Positions 36,868-45,957 of a stretch of DNA of 64,000 nt are shown here, piece by piece (the stretch's first letter is position 1; each line of letters starts with the position of its first letter). Location: IMG/VR virus record IMGVR_UViG_3300017963_000188, positions 294,039-358,038 of that record. One strand, written 5' to 3'. Below the pieces are notes generated by a model, which made no database searches, had not been told where the DNA came from, and saw only the letters and a list, made by a program, of their open reading frames with translations. Made by a program: the position numbers and the translations under genes.

Positions 36868-37136
36868 CTTTTCTAACTCATTTTGAGGGTGGTAGACGAG
36901 AACCTCCTAATTTGGGTAAGTATTGCACCATAGTCAAATTTCCAGAACAACAAGATCCTGAGCACCCATATGGTCAATGGTCATTGATCATGAATTTCAT
37001 AGAAAAATCTGGTCTGGTATTCAAAGCCCAGATTCGTTTCTTAATGGATGAAGCACCACATGAGTTGATTTACACGGGAAATACCTTTGATGTTTATGAA
37101 GGTCCATTTTTAGTGGCTCATGGTGTTGTAAACTAA
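36846..37136 (+). CDS. Stand-alone EF-Tu domain III-like beta-barrel protein
   Basis: A.ITFL..FEGGR..P near the N-terminus and G..F...EG..LVA.GVV at the C-terminus resemble EF-Tu EEGGRHTP...GLRFAIREGGRTVGAGVV. Confidence 0.55.
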   Translation: MGRTATITFLTHFEGGRREPPNLGKYCTIVKFPEQQDPEHPYGQWSLIMNFIEKSGLVFKAQIRFLMDEAPHELIYTGNTFDVYEGPFLVAHGVVN

Positions 37137-37179
37137 CCTCGTTTCAATCAAAAAAAATATATAGATTGTAATATAGATT

Positions 37180-37635
37180 ATGAGATCTGACTGGGAAACA
37201 TATTTCATGTCAATAGCAACCACTGTAGCAGGTCGTTCAACCTGTGTGAGACGGCAGATTGGGGCTATTATTGTCAAAGATAGAATGATTCTGTCCACAG
37301 GATATAATGGGGCTCCTAGAGGTGTGGCTCATTGTATAGACACAGGTTGTATCAGAAATGAGAATAACATTCCTAGTGGTGAAAGGCATGAGTTCTGTAA
37401 AGCTGTGCATTCAGAACAAAATGCCATTATTCAAGCGTCACGGCATGGGGTAGAAATTTGTGATGGGGATATGTATGTCACAACATTCCCTTGTGTCATT
37501 TGTGCAAAAATGATAATCAATGCTGGTCTCAAAACGGTATATTATACTGGAGAATACAGTGATGGTTATGGCAAAGACATGGCTTTAGAATATTTTGGAG
37601 AGGCTGGGATAAGTATAAAAAGGCTAAAGGTATGA
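37180..37635 (+). CDS. dCMP deaminase (ComEB-like)
   Basis: RSTC.RRQIGA, TGYNG, HSEQNAI, PCVICAK. Confidence 0.9.
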   Translation: MRSDWETYFMSIATTVAGRSTCVRRQIGAIIVKDRMILSTGYNGAPRGVAHCIDTGCIRNENNIPSGERHEFCKAVHSEQNAIIQASRHGVEICDGDMYVTTFPCVICAKMIINAGLKTVYYTGEYSDGYGKDMALEYFGEAGISIKRLKV

Positions 37636-37898
37636 ACTTTTTTGTCAATAATGATACGATACTAAAAACTCTTGTCTGGTTGAGATCATTACCATATGAT
37701 ACAGAAGTGTGTGGTGGGATACAAGCAGGTCTTTTAACAGAGACTCTAGAAGCAGCCCTTCTTCATATAGAAGAGTTAGAGCAACAAGTATTTTCCCTGA
37801 AAATGAAAGAAGCAATTGTGGTTCAAATCCACAAGCTCACAGAACATTATCTCCCAGAAGAGGACAGTAATGAGCATCAAAAGAATGGACCTGAATGA
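37632..37898 (+). CDS. Hypothetical protein
   Basis: ATGA overlap. Confidence 0.45.
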   Translation: MNFFVNNDTILKTLVWLRSLPYDTEVCGGIQAGLLTETLEAALLHIEELEQQVFSLKMKEAIVVQIHKLTEHYLPEEDSNEHQKNGPE

Positions 37899-38208
37899 AT
37901 TTGTAGATTTTGGATATCTACAAGAATTGAACAGACAATTCCTCCACCCCTTAGGATTAGCTCTTGAAGTTATCCAAGAAGATGATGGATCAATTTCAGG
38001 TTTTGGTGGAGTATGGGATTATAGAGATGACCCTGAGGGAATGATATTTGGTGAGGAAATGATGGATGAGGGATTTACCGAGAAATTCATGCGGGTGGAT
38101 AGAGAATGGACTAGAATGGGAATAAACAGAAAAGAATCCCTTGGGTATATGGTGCAACCTATGCGTGTGGTAGAACAAATGAGACATGGAGAAAAAAATG
38201 ATAAATAA
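37870..38208 (+). CDS. Conserved phage hypothetical protein
   Basis: GYLQELNRQFLHPLGLALE..WDYRDDPEG; GAGG RBS. Confidence 0.6.
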   Translation: MSIKRMDLNEFVDFGYLQELNRQFLHPLGLALEVIQEDDGSISGFGGVWDYRDDPEGMIFGEEMMDEGFTEKFMRVDREWTRMGINRKESLGYMVQPMRVVEQMRHGEKNDK

Positions 38209-38818
38209 ACCTGTAGAGATCATGGCTCTAGGTGATAAAATAACAGTAAAAGAAGGCCCAGTTGAAGGTGATGGGTTAGGATACTTTGATCCTGAAACAG
38301 GTACTGTGGTTATAGAGCAAGACCAACCAGAATTTGGTAAATTCTCGATTCTTCTCCATGAGCTGTTGCATGTCACTGAAATGATGTTGATGCAAAATAA
38401 GGTCATTTCAGAACGTATCGATGGTGCTTTTGTGACAGCAGCTCCATTTGGAATAGCTACAATTCTTGTCCATATGGGTATAATCCAAGGTATTGGTGAG
38501 GACCAATGGATGGAGTTTTTGGAGACCGAAGGGGTTACAGAAGATCATCCTGAAGTAACTCAAGAAGATATTGATGGGTTACAGATTGAACATGAAGTCT
38601 CTGTATGCCCTCCCCCTATGGATGATGCTATGATCTATCTGAATCGAAATGAGGAGATGGACCATAGTATTAGATTTCAGGTAGCTAAGGTATCAGATCC
38701 TGTACTTGAAATAAAAGAAGATGGTGATTTTCTGGTCAGAGGGGAGAAGGTAGAAAATGATCGGGAAATATATGTAGCATTAAAAAATTTCTTAGAAGAG
38801 TCAATGAGGGACAAATGA
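38198..38818 (+). CDS. HExxH-motif protein (metallopeptidase-like)
   Basis: LGYFD....I...ILLHELLHV. Confidence 0.55.
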   Translation: MINKPVEIMALGDKITVKEGPVEGDGLGYFDPETGTVVIEQDQPEFGKFSILLHELLHVTEMMLMQNKVISERIDGAFVTAAPFGIATILVHMGIIQGIGEDQWMEFLETEGVTEDHPEVTQEDIDGLQIEHEVSVCPPPMDDAMIYLNRNEEMDHSIRFQVAKVSDPVLEIKEDGDFLVRGEKVENDREIYVALKNFLEESMRDK

Positions 38819-40128
38819 TAGAATTAATCGGGAAATTCACTACAGCTAGAGTGTGGATCGATGATGTAGAAACTGAGTGTATCAGACAGATAACTCAGAT
38901 GATTAACCATCCAGCTTTTTCCAATCCAGTATCAGTTATGCCTGATTGTCATGCCGGAAAAGGTTCAGTAATTGGTTTCACTATGGCTATTGGGGATCAA
39001 ATAATCCCTAATGTGGTAGGGGTCGATATTGGATGTGGTATGCTCTCATTCAATGTGGGTACAAACCTTTCTGTAGGGTTTGAGAAGCTTGACACATTAA
39101 TTCGGGAAATCATACCCTTTGGTCATGAGTCAAGAGATCCATACAAAGTAGACCTGACGGCATTTCCCTGGGAAAAGATCAACCGACAGGCAGTCGAATT
39201 TGCTGGGAAAATAAAAAAGAGGTGGGGAGTAGATGTCAAGGTCCCTGAGTTTTCCGAGAAATGGTTCTTTAGGAAGTGTGAGAAAATTGACTGTAACTAC
39301 TCTAGGGCTGTGGGAAGTATAGGGACTCTTGGGGGTGGTAATCATTTTATCGAGATTGGGGAGTCTAAAAAGACGGGAAATTACTGGGTTACTATTCATA
39401 GTGGTTCTCGTAACTTTGGGTTAAAGATATGCGAGTATTGGCAAAAATATGCCCGTGACCATCTTGGTAATCTTCGTAAGAATGAATTAAACGAGAAAAT
39501 AAAGAAAATCCGAGGTTCAGGAATTTCTCGGGATTTAATTTCTCGTGAAATTGAGAAGGCACGGCAAGAGTTGGGTTTGGGTGGTACTTCTACAGCAAAG
39601 GGCCTTGAGGCTCTTCCATTAGAGCATATGTGGGGATATCTCTTAGACATGGTATTTGCTCAGATGTATGCCAGTGCTAATCGATATACTATGGCTCATG
39701 GTATAGCTACTATTTTGGGAGTACCTATCACAGATGAGATTGAGACGGTGCATAACTATGTTGACTTCTCTGATTTGATCATCCGAAAAGGGGCTATTCG
39801 GTCTTATGAAGGTGAGCAAATGATTATCCCATTCAATATGAGGGATGGTATTTTGGTTTGTGAGGGAAAATCAAATCCAGATTGGAACTTCTCAGCACCT
39901 CATGGAGCTGGTAGGGTAATGTCTCGAAGTCAGGCTAAGAAGCAATTGTCTTTGTCAGATTTCCAAGATCAGATGAAAAATGTATATTCTACTTCTGTAG
40001 TGAAAGAGACATTAGATGAGGCTCCTGAAGCATATAAAGATAGCGAAATTATTGAGCTTTCAATAGAACCAACAGCTACAATTGTTGACAGACTTGTACC
40101 TGTTCATAACATGAAATCGACAAAATAA
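38815..40128 (+). CDS. rtcB: RtcB 3'-phosphate/5'-OH RNA ligase
   Basis: MPDCHAGKG, VGVDIGCGM, GTLGGGNHFIE, IHSGSR, HNY, RKGA, SAPHGAGR.MSR, DEAP.AYK. Confidence 0.95.
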   Translation: MIELIGKFTTARVWIDDVETECIRQITQMINHPAFSNPVSVMPDCHAGKGSVIGFTMAIGDQIIPNVVGVDIGCGMLSFNVGTNLSVGFEKLDTLIREIIPFGHESRDPYKVDLTAFPWEKINRQAVEFAGKIKKRWGVDVKVPEFSEKWFFRKCEKIDCNYSRAVGSIGTLGGGNHFIEIGESKKTGNYWVTIHSGSRNFGLKICEYWQKYARDHLGNLRKNELNEKIKKIRGSGISRDLISREIEKARQELGLGGTSTAKGLEALPLEHMWGYLLDMVFAQMYASANRYTMAHGIATILGVPITDEIETVHNYVDFSDLIIRKGAIRSYEGEQMIIPFNMRDGILVCEGKSNPDWNFSAPHGAGRVMSRSQAKKQLSLSDFQDQMKNVYSTSVVKETLDEAPEAYKDSEIIELSIEPTATIVDRLVPVHNMKSTK

Positions 40129-40220
40129 TGCTGATTCTACTTTAAAATTTCGAAAAGTTTCGGGATATAAGTATAGGAGGGTTGGAATTTAACGAGACAT
40201 AAAGTCTCAGGAGGTGTCCA

Positions 40221-42035
40221 ATGAAGTCCCGAATCATTATGTTAAGTATTTTTTGTATCTCATGCACAGGATCGACAGTCACACCACCACCACAGGAAAC
40301 TGACAAAAGTCGATTCAATTATGATGGTGCATCATGTTCTGTTGAAAATTATGAAGAATATGTAGAAATCATATGCCCAGATGGTACTTTTGTGACCCTA
40401 CAAAATGGGGAAGACGGACAGGATGGACAGGATGGACAAAACGGCACATCCTGCACAGTAACAGATCATGGAGATTATGCTGAGATATCATGCTCTGATG
40501 GTACTTCGGTGTTAGTTCCAGATGGAGATGATGGTACTGATGGGAGAGATGGTCAGGATGGAGATAATGGTACTGATGGGATTGATGGTCAGGATGGGAA
40601 CTCTTGCTCAGTTTCTGATAATGGTGATGGGACCAAAACCATCTCATGCACTGATGGTACTTCTGTGACAGTAGCAAATGGGTCTGATGGTCAGGATGGT
40701 GTGGATGGTGTGGATGGTAATTCTTGTAGCGTCACAGATAATGGAGATAATACCAAGACTATTTCCTGTACTGACGGAACTTCAGTAATTGTGTCAGATG
40801 GGGTTAATGGTCAAGATGGTGTTGATGGTACTTCATGTTCTGTGGTAGATAACGGGAATGGTACTAAGACTATCTCTTGCACTGATGGCACTTCAGTAGT
40901 TGTATCAGATGGAGCTGATGGATCGTCATGTACTGTCACAGATAATGGAGATGGGACTAAGACTATTTCTTGTACCGATGGTACTTCAGTAATTGTATCA
41001 GATGGAGCTGATGGGACAGATGGTCAGGATGGTACTAATGGGGTTGATGGAACCAACGGAACCGATGGGGTCAATGGAGATGATGGTACAGATGGGTACA
41101 ATTCGTTAGTGAGGCAGGAAACAGAAGATCCTGGGTCCAACTGTACTTATGGAGGTTTGGTCATTCATTCTGGTCTTGATCTAGATCGAGATGGATATTT
41201 AGATGAATCAGAGATTGAAGACTCTTCTTATGTCTGTAATCAGCCCATTGATACGGTTTTTGAAGGTGACTATACGGTTGCTACTAACTTGGATCTTCAT
41301 CTTTTGAGTCAATACGATACTGTGACTGGGGATCTCACTGTAGAAAGTACCGTGATTGAGCAAGCTACTTTCCCTAACCTCAAATTTGTGGGTGGGAAGA
41401 TAACGGTCCAAAATAGTACCATGACTTCCCTAAATTTCCCAGTTCTTGAGGAAGTTCTTGATGGTATCACGGTTATAGACAATGATTCCGTGACAGATCT
41501 TGGATCTTTTGGATCTTTAACCCATATTGCTGGTAATGTTCTTATTGAAAACAATCTGGATTTGACCAGTATTGATGCATTCCATTCTGTTACTCAAGTT
41601 ACTTCTGGTTCCACAGGGGCAGGGAGTATTCAGATTAGATATAATGAAAATATGGTATCATTCAATGGGTTCAGTGCTTTAACTTCTGTCAATAGCCATA
41701 TACAGTTCTATAGCAATTATGACCTAGAAGTTCTAGAAGGTTTTGGCATTCTAGAAACTGTTCCTGGTACATTGAGTGTCAGTAGGAGTTATGTGCTGTT
41801 GCATATTGACGCTTTTGAATCTGTGACTAGCACAGAAGGGTTGACACTGTGGATGAATACTGTTTTGGTAGACCTTTCTGACTTCCAAAACTTTCAATCA
41901 ATTGATGGTATTGCAAATATCAGTACCGACCAAGCAATACCATTCTGTAACGTATGTGATTTCTATGAAGGTATTGGATGGTCAAATATCACTAGTCCAA
42001 GCCCCACACAGGCTGCATGTTCATCATGCCCATAA
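40221..42035 (+). CDS. Surface lipoprotein with G-x-D collagen-like/Cys repeats and C-terminal L-domain-like leucine-rich repeats
   Basis: Lipobox-like FCISC; repeats CSVTDNGDGTKTISCTDGTSV; EDPGSNC.YGG..I.SGLDLDRDGYLD (DUF7151-like); L..V.G.I.I..N repeats. Confidence 0.7.
   Translation: MKSRIIMLSIFCISCTGSTVTPPPQETDKSRFNYDGASCSVENYEEYVEIICPDGTFVTLQNGEDGQDGQDGQNGTSCTVTDHGDYAEISCSDGTSVLVPDGDDGTDGRDGQDGDNGTDGIDGQDGNSCSVSDNGDGTKTISCTDGTSVTVANGSDGQDGVDGVDGNSCSVTDNGDNTKTISCTDGTSVIVSDGVNGQDGVDGTSCSVVDNGNGTKTISCTDGTSVVVSDGADGSSCTVTDNGDGTKTISCTDGTSVIVSDGADGTDGQDGTNGVDGTNGTDGVNGDDGTDGYNSLVRQETEDPGSNCTYGGLVIHSGLDLDRDGYLDESEIEDSSYVCNQPIDTVFEGDYTVATNLDLHLLSQYDTVTGDLTVESTVIEQATFPNLKFVGGKITVQNSTMTSLNFPVLEEVLDGITVIDNDSVTDLGSFGSLTHIAGNVLIENNLDLTSIDAFHSVTQVTSGSTGAGSIQIRYNENMVSFNGFSALTSVNSHIQFYSNYDLEVLEGFGILETVPGTLSVSRSYVLLHIDAFESVTSTEGLTLWMNTVLVDLSDFQNFQSIDGIANISTDQAIPFCNVCDFYEGIGWSNITSPSPTQAACSSCP
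40600..41010 (+). repeat. Degenerate intragenic tandem repeats encoding SC(S/T)V.DNG.(G/N)TKTISCTDGTSV(I/V)VSDG
   Basis: Four clear copies plus weaker upstream copies, separated by DGxDGx triplet runs. Confidence 0.8.
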
Positions 42036-42075
42036 AATAAAAGTCATTGTACTATAAATAGAAAGGAGATTTACT

Positions 42076-42264
42076 ATGACAGAACACATTAGATTGACTT
42101 CAGCATCGAGTTTTGAAACAACAGTATCTGTGGCCAAAGCAGATATTGTAAAAATTGATGCTGCTGAAAAGGGTTCTCGTATCATTCTGAACAAGAAAAA
42201 TGAGGATGGTACACCCCACACCCTTCTGGTAAAAGAGACTCCAGAAGAAATCAAATCCTTATAG
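42076..42264 (+). CDS. Small hypothetical protein
   Basis: AAGGAG RBS; LLVKETPEEI C-terminus. Confidence 0.6.
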   Translation: MTEHIRLTSASSFETTVSVAKADIVKIDAAEKGSRIILNKKNEDGTPHTLLVKETPEEIKSL

Positions 42265-42331
42265 ATCTATAATCTAAACTTTCCGGTATAGTTATATAGC
42301 GGTCCAAATTAGGACCTGATTGGAGGAAACC

Positions 42332-43039
42332 ATGATCGAAACACTGCGTACCGGAATCAATCGGGCCAGAGGGTATTTGGATACTATAGAGGCTTATCTG
42401 AATCTCTTTGACTCAAAGACTTGGGAACAGGTCCAGAAGCAATCTGAACCAGAGCCAGAGCCAGAATCACAAAAGATGGAAGTACCTTTTGGTGAAGAGG
42501 AAGATTTTTCGCTAGGTTGGGCAAAGAGTCAAACTACTAAAGTGTGCCCTCGATGTCAGAAAGAATTTCCTCGAACTGAAGCACATTTTTATATCTCTCC
42601 AAAGGGGAGGGTGGCAAGTTATTGCCATACATGTGCTCAAACCTATCATCAGGACTATAATCTCAGTAAAAAGATGCCTGTAAAGAAGGAACCAAAGAAA
42701 AGGGGTAGGAAACCAGTTCCCAGGAAAGTGTGTCCTTCTTGCAAGAAGGAATATCCTCTGACTGAAAAGTATTTCCGTAAAAACAGTAGGTCTAAAAGTG
42801 GTTTGGGCACATATTGTAAGAAATGCTGCCAAGTCAGAGATAATGAGTATCGGGCTCGAAGAAAACAACCAAAGCAGAAGCAACCAAAGCATTCATTAGA
42901 TTGGATGATGCACAAACCTGAAAAATCATCTCCAGCATCTCCAGTATCTCCAGGTTTAGTGATTCGTAAGAATGGGAACAAACCTGAGGAATCTCAGAAA
43001 GATCAAAATGTCCATCCAGGTCTTCAGCCTATCGTGTAG
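42332..43039 (+). CDS. Protein with two Cys4 zinc-finger repeats of the type found in HNH/endoVII N-termini
   Basis: KVCPRC.KEFP.TE.HF...YCHTC and KVCPSC.KEYP.TE.YF...YCKKC; GGAGG RBS. Confidence 0.6.
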   Translation: MIETLRTGINRARGYLDTIEAYLNLFDSKTWEQVQKQSEPEPEPESQKMEVPFGEEEDFSLGWAKSQTTKVCPRCQKEFPRTEAHFYISPKGRVASYCHTCAQTYHQDYNLSKKMPVKKEPKKRGRKPVPRKVCPSCKKEYPLTEKYFRKNSRSKSGLGTYCKKCCQVRDNEYRARRKQPKQKQPKHSLDWMMHKPEKSSPASPVSPGLVIRKNGNKPEESQKDQNVHPGLQPIV

Positions 43040-43055
43040 TTTCTATATTTTTTAA

Positions 43056-43084
43056 TTTAAAATCTCCAAATGTCTCAGTATAGA
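43056..43084 (+). promoter_or_regulatory. Phage promoter (TTTAAA-N17-TATAGA) with no ORF directly downstream
   Basis: Exact motif copy. Confidence 0.65.
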
Positions 43085-43190
43085 AGAGTAGTGATGGGTT
43101 AAAGGACATAGAGGTCTGGAGCCTGTCGTAGTAGGAGCACTTCGGGGAGATCTGTCTAATAGACCTCATTGCATTTTCTTCATATTTTAA

Positions 43191-43219
43191 TTTAAAAAAA
43201 TACATTCCTTCAGTATATA
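43191..43219 (+). promoter_or_regulatory. Phage promoter (TTTAAA-N17-TATATA)
   Basis: Exact motif copy, followed by AGGAGG. Confidence 0.7.
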
Positions 43220-43236
43220 ATTGTAGGAGGAATGAG

Positions 43237-45441
43237 ATGGAACTCACCTATCGTAACAATCGCTTCGAGTTTGGCTGTACTTTCCATGAAAAAGAGGTTG
43301 CCCGAACTGCTGGTTTCCGGTGGGACCCCAAGAAGAAGGTGTGGTACACCGAGAGGGCAGTGGTTGCACAACGTCTCTCCAAGTATGCTGACTCTGATAC
43401 TATCAAGGAGATGGAGAATACGGACGAGCCGAAGCCCTGCCTGACCTTTGATGAGGGTCGTGAGCGGTTCGAATTCGTCTCTACTATCGAATGGAAAGAC
43501 ATTCCCAAGACTGCTGGTTTTCGGTGGGATGGGAAGGTAGCCTATCGTTGGTGGACCACTTCTCTGCCGGATGCTCGGAAGCTCAATGACTACGCTGATG
43601 ATTCTGCCAAAGCAAAAATGGCTGAGATGGAAGCTACCATCGAAGCCAGCCGTTCTGCTGATGTTGACATTGAGCTGCCTGTCCCTGAAGGGCTCAATTA
43701 TTTCCCCTTCCAGAAAGCTGGTATCCAGTTTGCCTCCAGCCGTCCCAACACTTTGATTGCTGATGAGATGGGTTTGGGTAAGACCATCCAAGCCCTGGGT
43801 GTGGTAAATACTGACCCTAGCATCAAATCTGTTCTCATCGTTTGTCCTGCTTCCTTGAAGACCAACTGGAAGCGTGAAGCTGAGAAGTGGCTGACCCGTC
43901 CCATGACTGTTGGTGTAGCCAACAGCAAGGACGGGGTGCCTGAGACTGATATCGTGGTTATCAACTATGACATCCTCAAGAAGTTTGCCCCCAAGCTGTC
44001 CAAGACTTGGGACCTGCTGGTGGCTGATGAGTGCCATTATGCAAAGAACTACAAGGCTCAAAGGTCCAAGGCTCTTTACAGCATCGAGGCAAAGCGTCGG
44101 ATCTTTCTGACTGGTACTCCGATTCTCAACCGTCCTTCAGAGCTGTTTCCTATCATCAATGCTCTGGATTCTCAGAGCTGGCCCAAGTTCTTCGCTTACG
44201 GTATGAAGTATTGTGCTGGTAAGAACACTCGGTATGGATGGGATTTCACTGGTGCTTCCAACCTGGATGACCTTCAGGAACGTCTGCGGAGCACTGTTAT
44301 GATTCGTCGGCTGAAGAGCCAGGTCCTGAAAGAGCTGCCTCCTAAGACTCGTCAAGTCATCGAGATGCCTACCAACGGTCATATCCGTTTGGTGAAGGCT
44401 GAGCAGAAGGCTGTTCTGGCTCAGGAAGAACTTCTGGCTGAGCTGAGGGTGCGTGTGGAACTGGCCAAGGCTTCTGAAGACCCTGAGGTCTACAAGAATG
44501 CTGTCCAGGAACTGAAAGATGCCTGTTCAGCTAGTTTCGAGGAAATCTCCAGGCTGCGTCATGAGACTGCTCTGGCTAAAGTGGACCTGGCTATTGACCA
44601 TCTGAAGAACATGCTGGATAGCACTGATAAGATCGTGGTCTTTGCTCATCATAAAGATGTTGTTTCTTCTCTGATGGATGGTCTGTCTGAGTTCAACCCC
44701 GTCAAGCTGACTGGTGATATGGATCAGGATGCTCGTCAAGAGAGTGTGGATCGGTTCCAGAACGATGATTCTTGCCGGATCTTCGTTGGTAGCATCTTGG
44801 CAGCCGGTGTTGGTCTGACTCTGACCGCTTCTTCTACGGTGGTTTTCATCGAGCTAGATTGGGTTCCTGCTAACATGTCTCAGGCTGAAGACCGCTGTCA
44901 TCGTATCGGTCAGACCCACAATGTGTTGGTTCAGCATCTGGTGTTGGAAGGCTCCTTGGACGCTCATCTGGCTCAGACCCTGGTGAGCAAGCAGAATGTG
45001 ATTGACCAGGCTCTGGACACCAATCATCAGAGCGACGATGTGGAAGCTGTGGATTCCATTTTGGAGGCTATCCGCAACGTACATCTGAAGAGGAAGGAAG
45101 AGGCTGAGAAGGAAGAGGGTCTCCGTCAGCAGATCAAGACTGCTGAGACGGTTGCTGCTACCAAGATGGTTCGTCAAGAAGCCATTGAGAAGCAAGCTGC
45201 ACAGCTCACTTCTCAGCAAATCAAGGCTATCCACACAGCTCTCCAGATGCTGGCTAATGTGTGTGACTTTGCTATGATGGAAGATGGCTGTGGATTCAAC
45301 AAGATTGATGCTGGTGTAGGACATTCTCTGGCTGCTCAGGAGAGTTTGACCCCTCGTCAGGCAGTGCTGGGTCGCAGCATCGTCATGAAGTACCATCGTC
45401 AAATCCCTTCCAACATCTACAAGGTAATTGTGAATGGTTAG
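43237..45441 (+). CDS. SNF2-family helicase, SMARCAL1/HARP-like, with duplicated N-terminal domain
   Basis: FPFQ, ADEMGLGKT, CPASLK.NW, DECH, LTGTPI.NRP.EL, GVGLTLT, QAEDRCHRIGQ; two GFRWD..W.T repeats. Confidence 0.9.
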   Translation: MELTYRNNRFEFGCTFHEKEVARTAGFRWDPKKKVWYTERAVVAQRLSKYADSDTIKEMENTDEPKPCLTFDEGRERFEFVSTIEWKDIPKTAGFRWDGKVAYRWWTTSLPDARKLNDYADDSAKAKMAEMEATIEASRSADVDIELPVPEGLNYFPFQKAGIQFASSRPNTLIADEMGLGKTIQALGVVNTDPSIKSVLIVCPASLKTNWKREAEKWLTRPMTVGVANSKDGVPETDIVVINYDILKKFAPKLSKTWDLLVADECHYAKNYKAQRSKALYSIEAKRRIFLTGTPILNRPSELFPIINALDSQSWPKFFAYGMKYCAGKNTRYGWDFTGASNLDDLQERLRSTVMIRRLKSQVLKELPPKTRQVIEMPTNGHIRLVKAEQKAVLAQEELLAELRVRVELAKASEDPEVYKNAVQELKDACSASFEEISRLRHETALAKVDLAIDHLKNMLDSTDKIVVFAHHKDVVSSLMDGLSEFNPVKLTGDMDQDARQESVDRFQNDDSCRIFVGSILAAGVGLTLTASSTVVFIELDWVPANMSQAEDRCHRIGQTHNVLVQHLVLEGSLDAHLAQTLVSKQNVIDQALDTNHQSDDVEAVDSILEAIRNVHLKRKEEAEKEEGLRQQIKTAETVAATKMVRQEAIEKQAAQLTSQQIKAIHTALQMLANVCDFAMMEDGCGFNKIDAGVGHSLAAQESLTPRQAVLGRSIVMKYHRQIPSNIYKVIVNG

Positions 45442-45760
45442 TTTGGAAGACCATATACCAGCTCTAAATGAGGCACTTGTTCGGTTAGACCTAGCTCTGA
45501 CTGGCAAGTGTGCTCATAACGCTATGGCTCGTACCGTCAACTTAGATCAGGCTCTCTTTGAAATCATCTATCTTAGTGATGGTGGTTACAGCAGGGTATT
45601 TTTCAGTGATGTCACAGGTCTACTGAATCTTACCAGTAATTCACGTCAAGAAGTAAAAAATCAGTGGGATATTGTCAGGTCAGAACGTGAGGTAGTAGAG
45701 AATCTTCTTAGAGGATTTTGGTTGGAACTTGATCCTGAGAAGATTTGGGAGTCGGGATGA
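45434..45760 (+). CDS. Hypothetical protein
   Basis: Operon packing. Confidence 0.5.
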   Translation: MVSLEDHIPALNEALVRLDLALTGKCAHNAMARTVNLDQALFEIIYLSDGGYSRVFFSDVTGLLNLTSNSRQEVKNQWDIVRSEREVVENLLRGFWLELDPEKIWESG

Positions 45761-45957
45761 AATGTATCGTGTGTGATAGGAAAATAAAAGCTGTGAGATG
45801 TGAGAATTGTGACGGAACAGGAGATGTTACTCCTGCTCTTAGTTGGAATAGGGTTTCCTGTCCAGATTGTAATGGTACTGGGAAATTCCGTTTTGCATTT
45901 TGCTATTATTGTTGGAAGGCTCTTCGTATTTTGGAGTCTCGAAGGAGTATACAATGA
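45757..45957 (+). CDS. Small Cys-rich protein with CxxCxGxG (DnaJ-type) zinc-finger repeats
   Basis: CENCDGTG, CPDCNGTG, plus terminal CxxC pairs. Confidence 0.6.
   Translation: MKCIVCDRKIKAVRCENCDGTGDVTPALSWNRVSCPDCNGTGKFRFAFCYYCWKALRILESRRSIQ

Noticed and set aside
40141-40171. Eighth copy of the TTTAAA-N17 promoter upstream of the lipoprotein
   Set aside because: Spacing to TATAAG is 19 nt, so it is not counted with the exact copies, although it may still be a promoter
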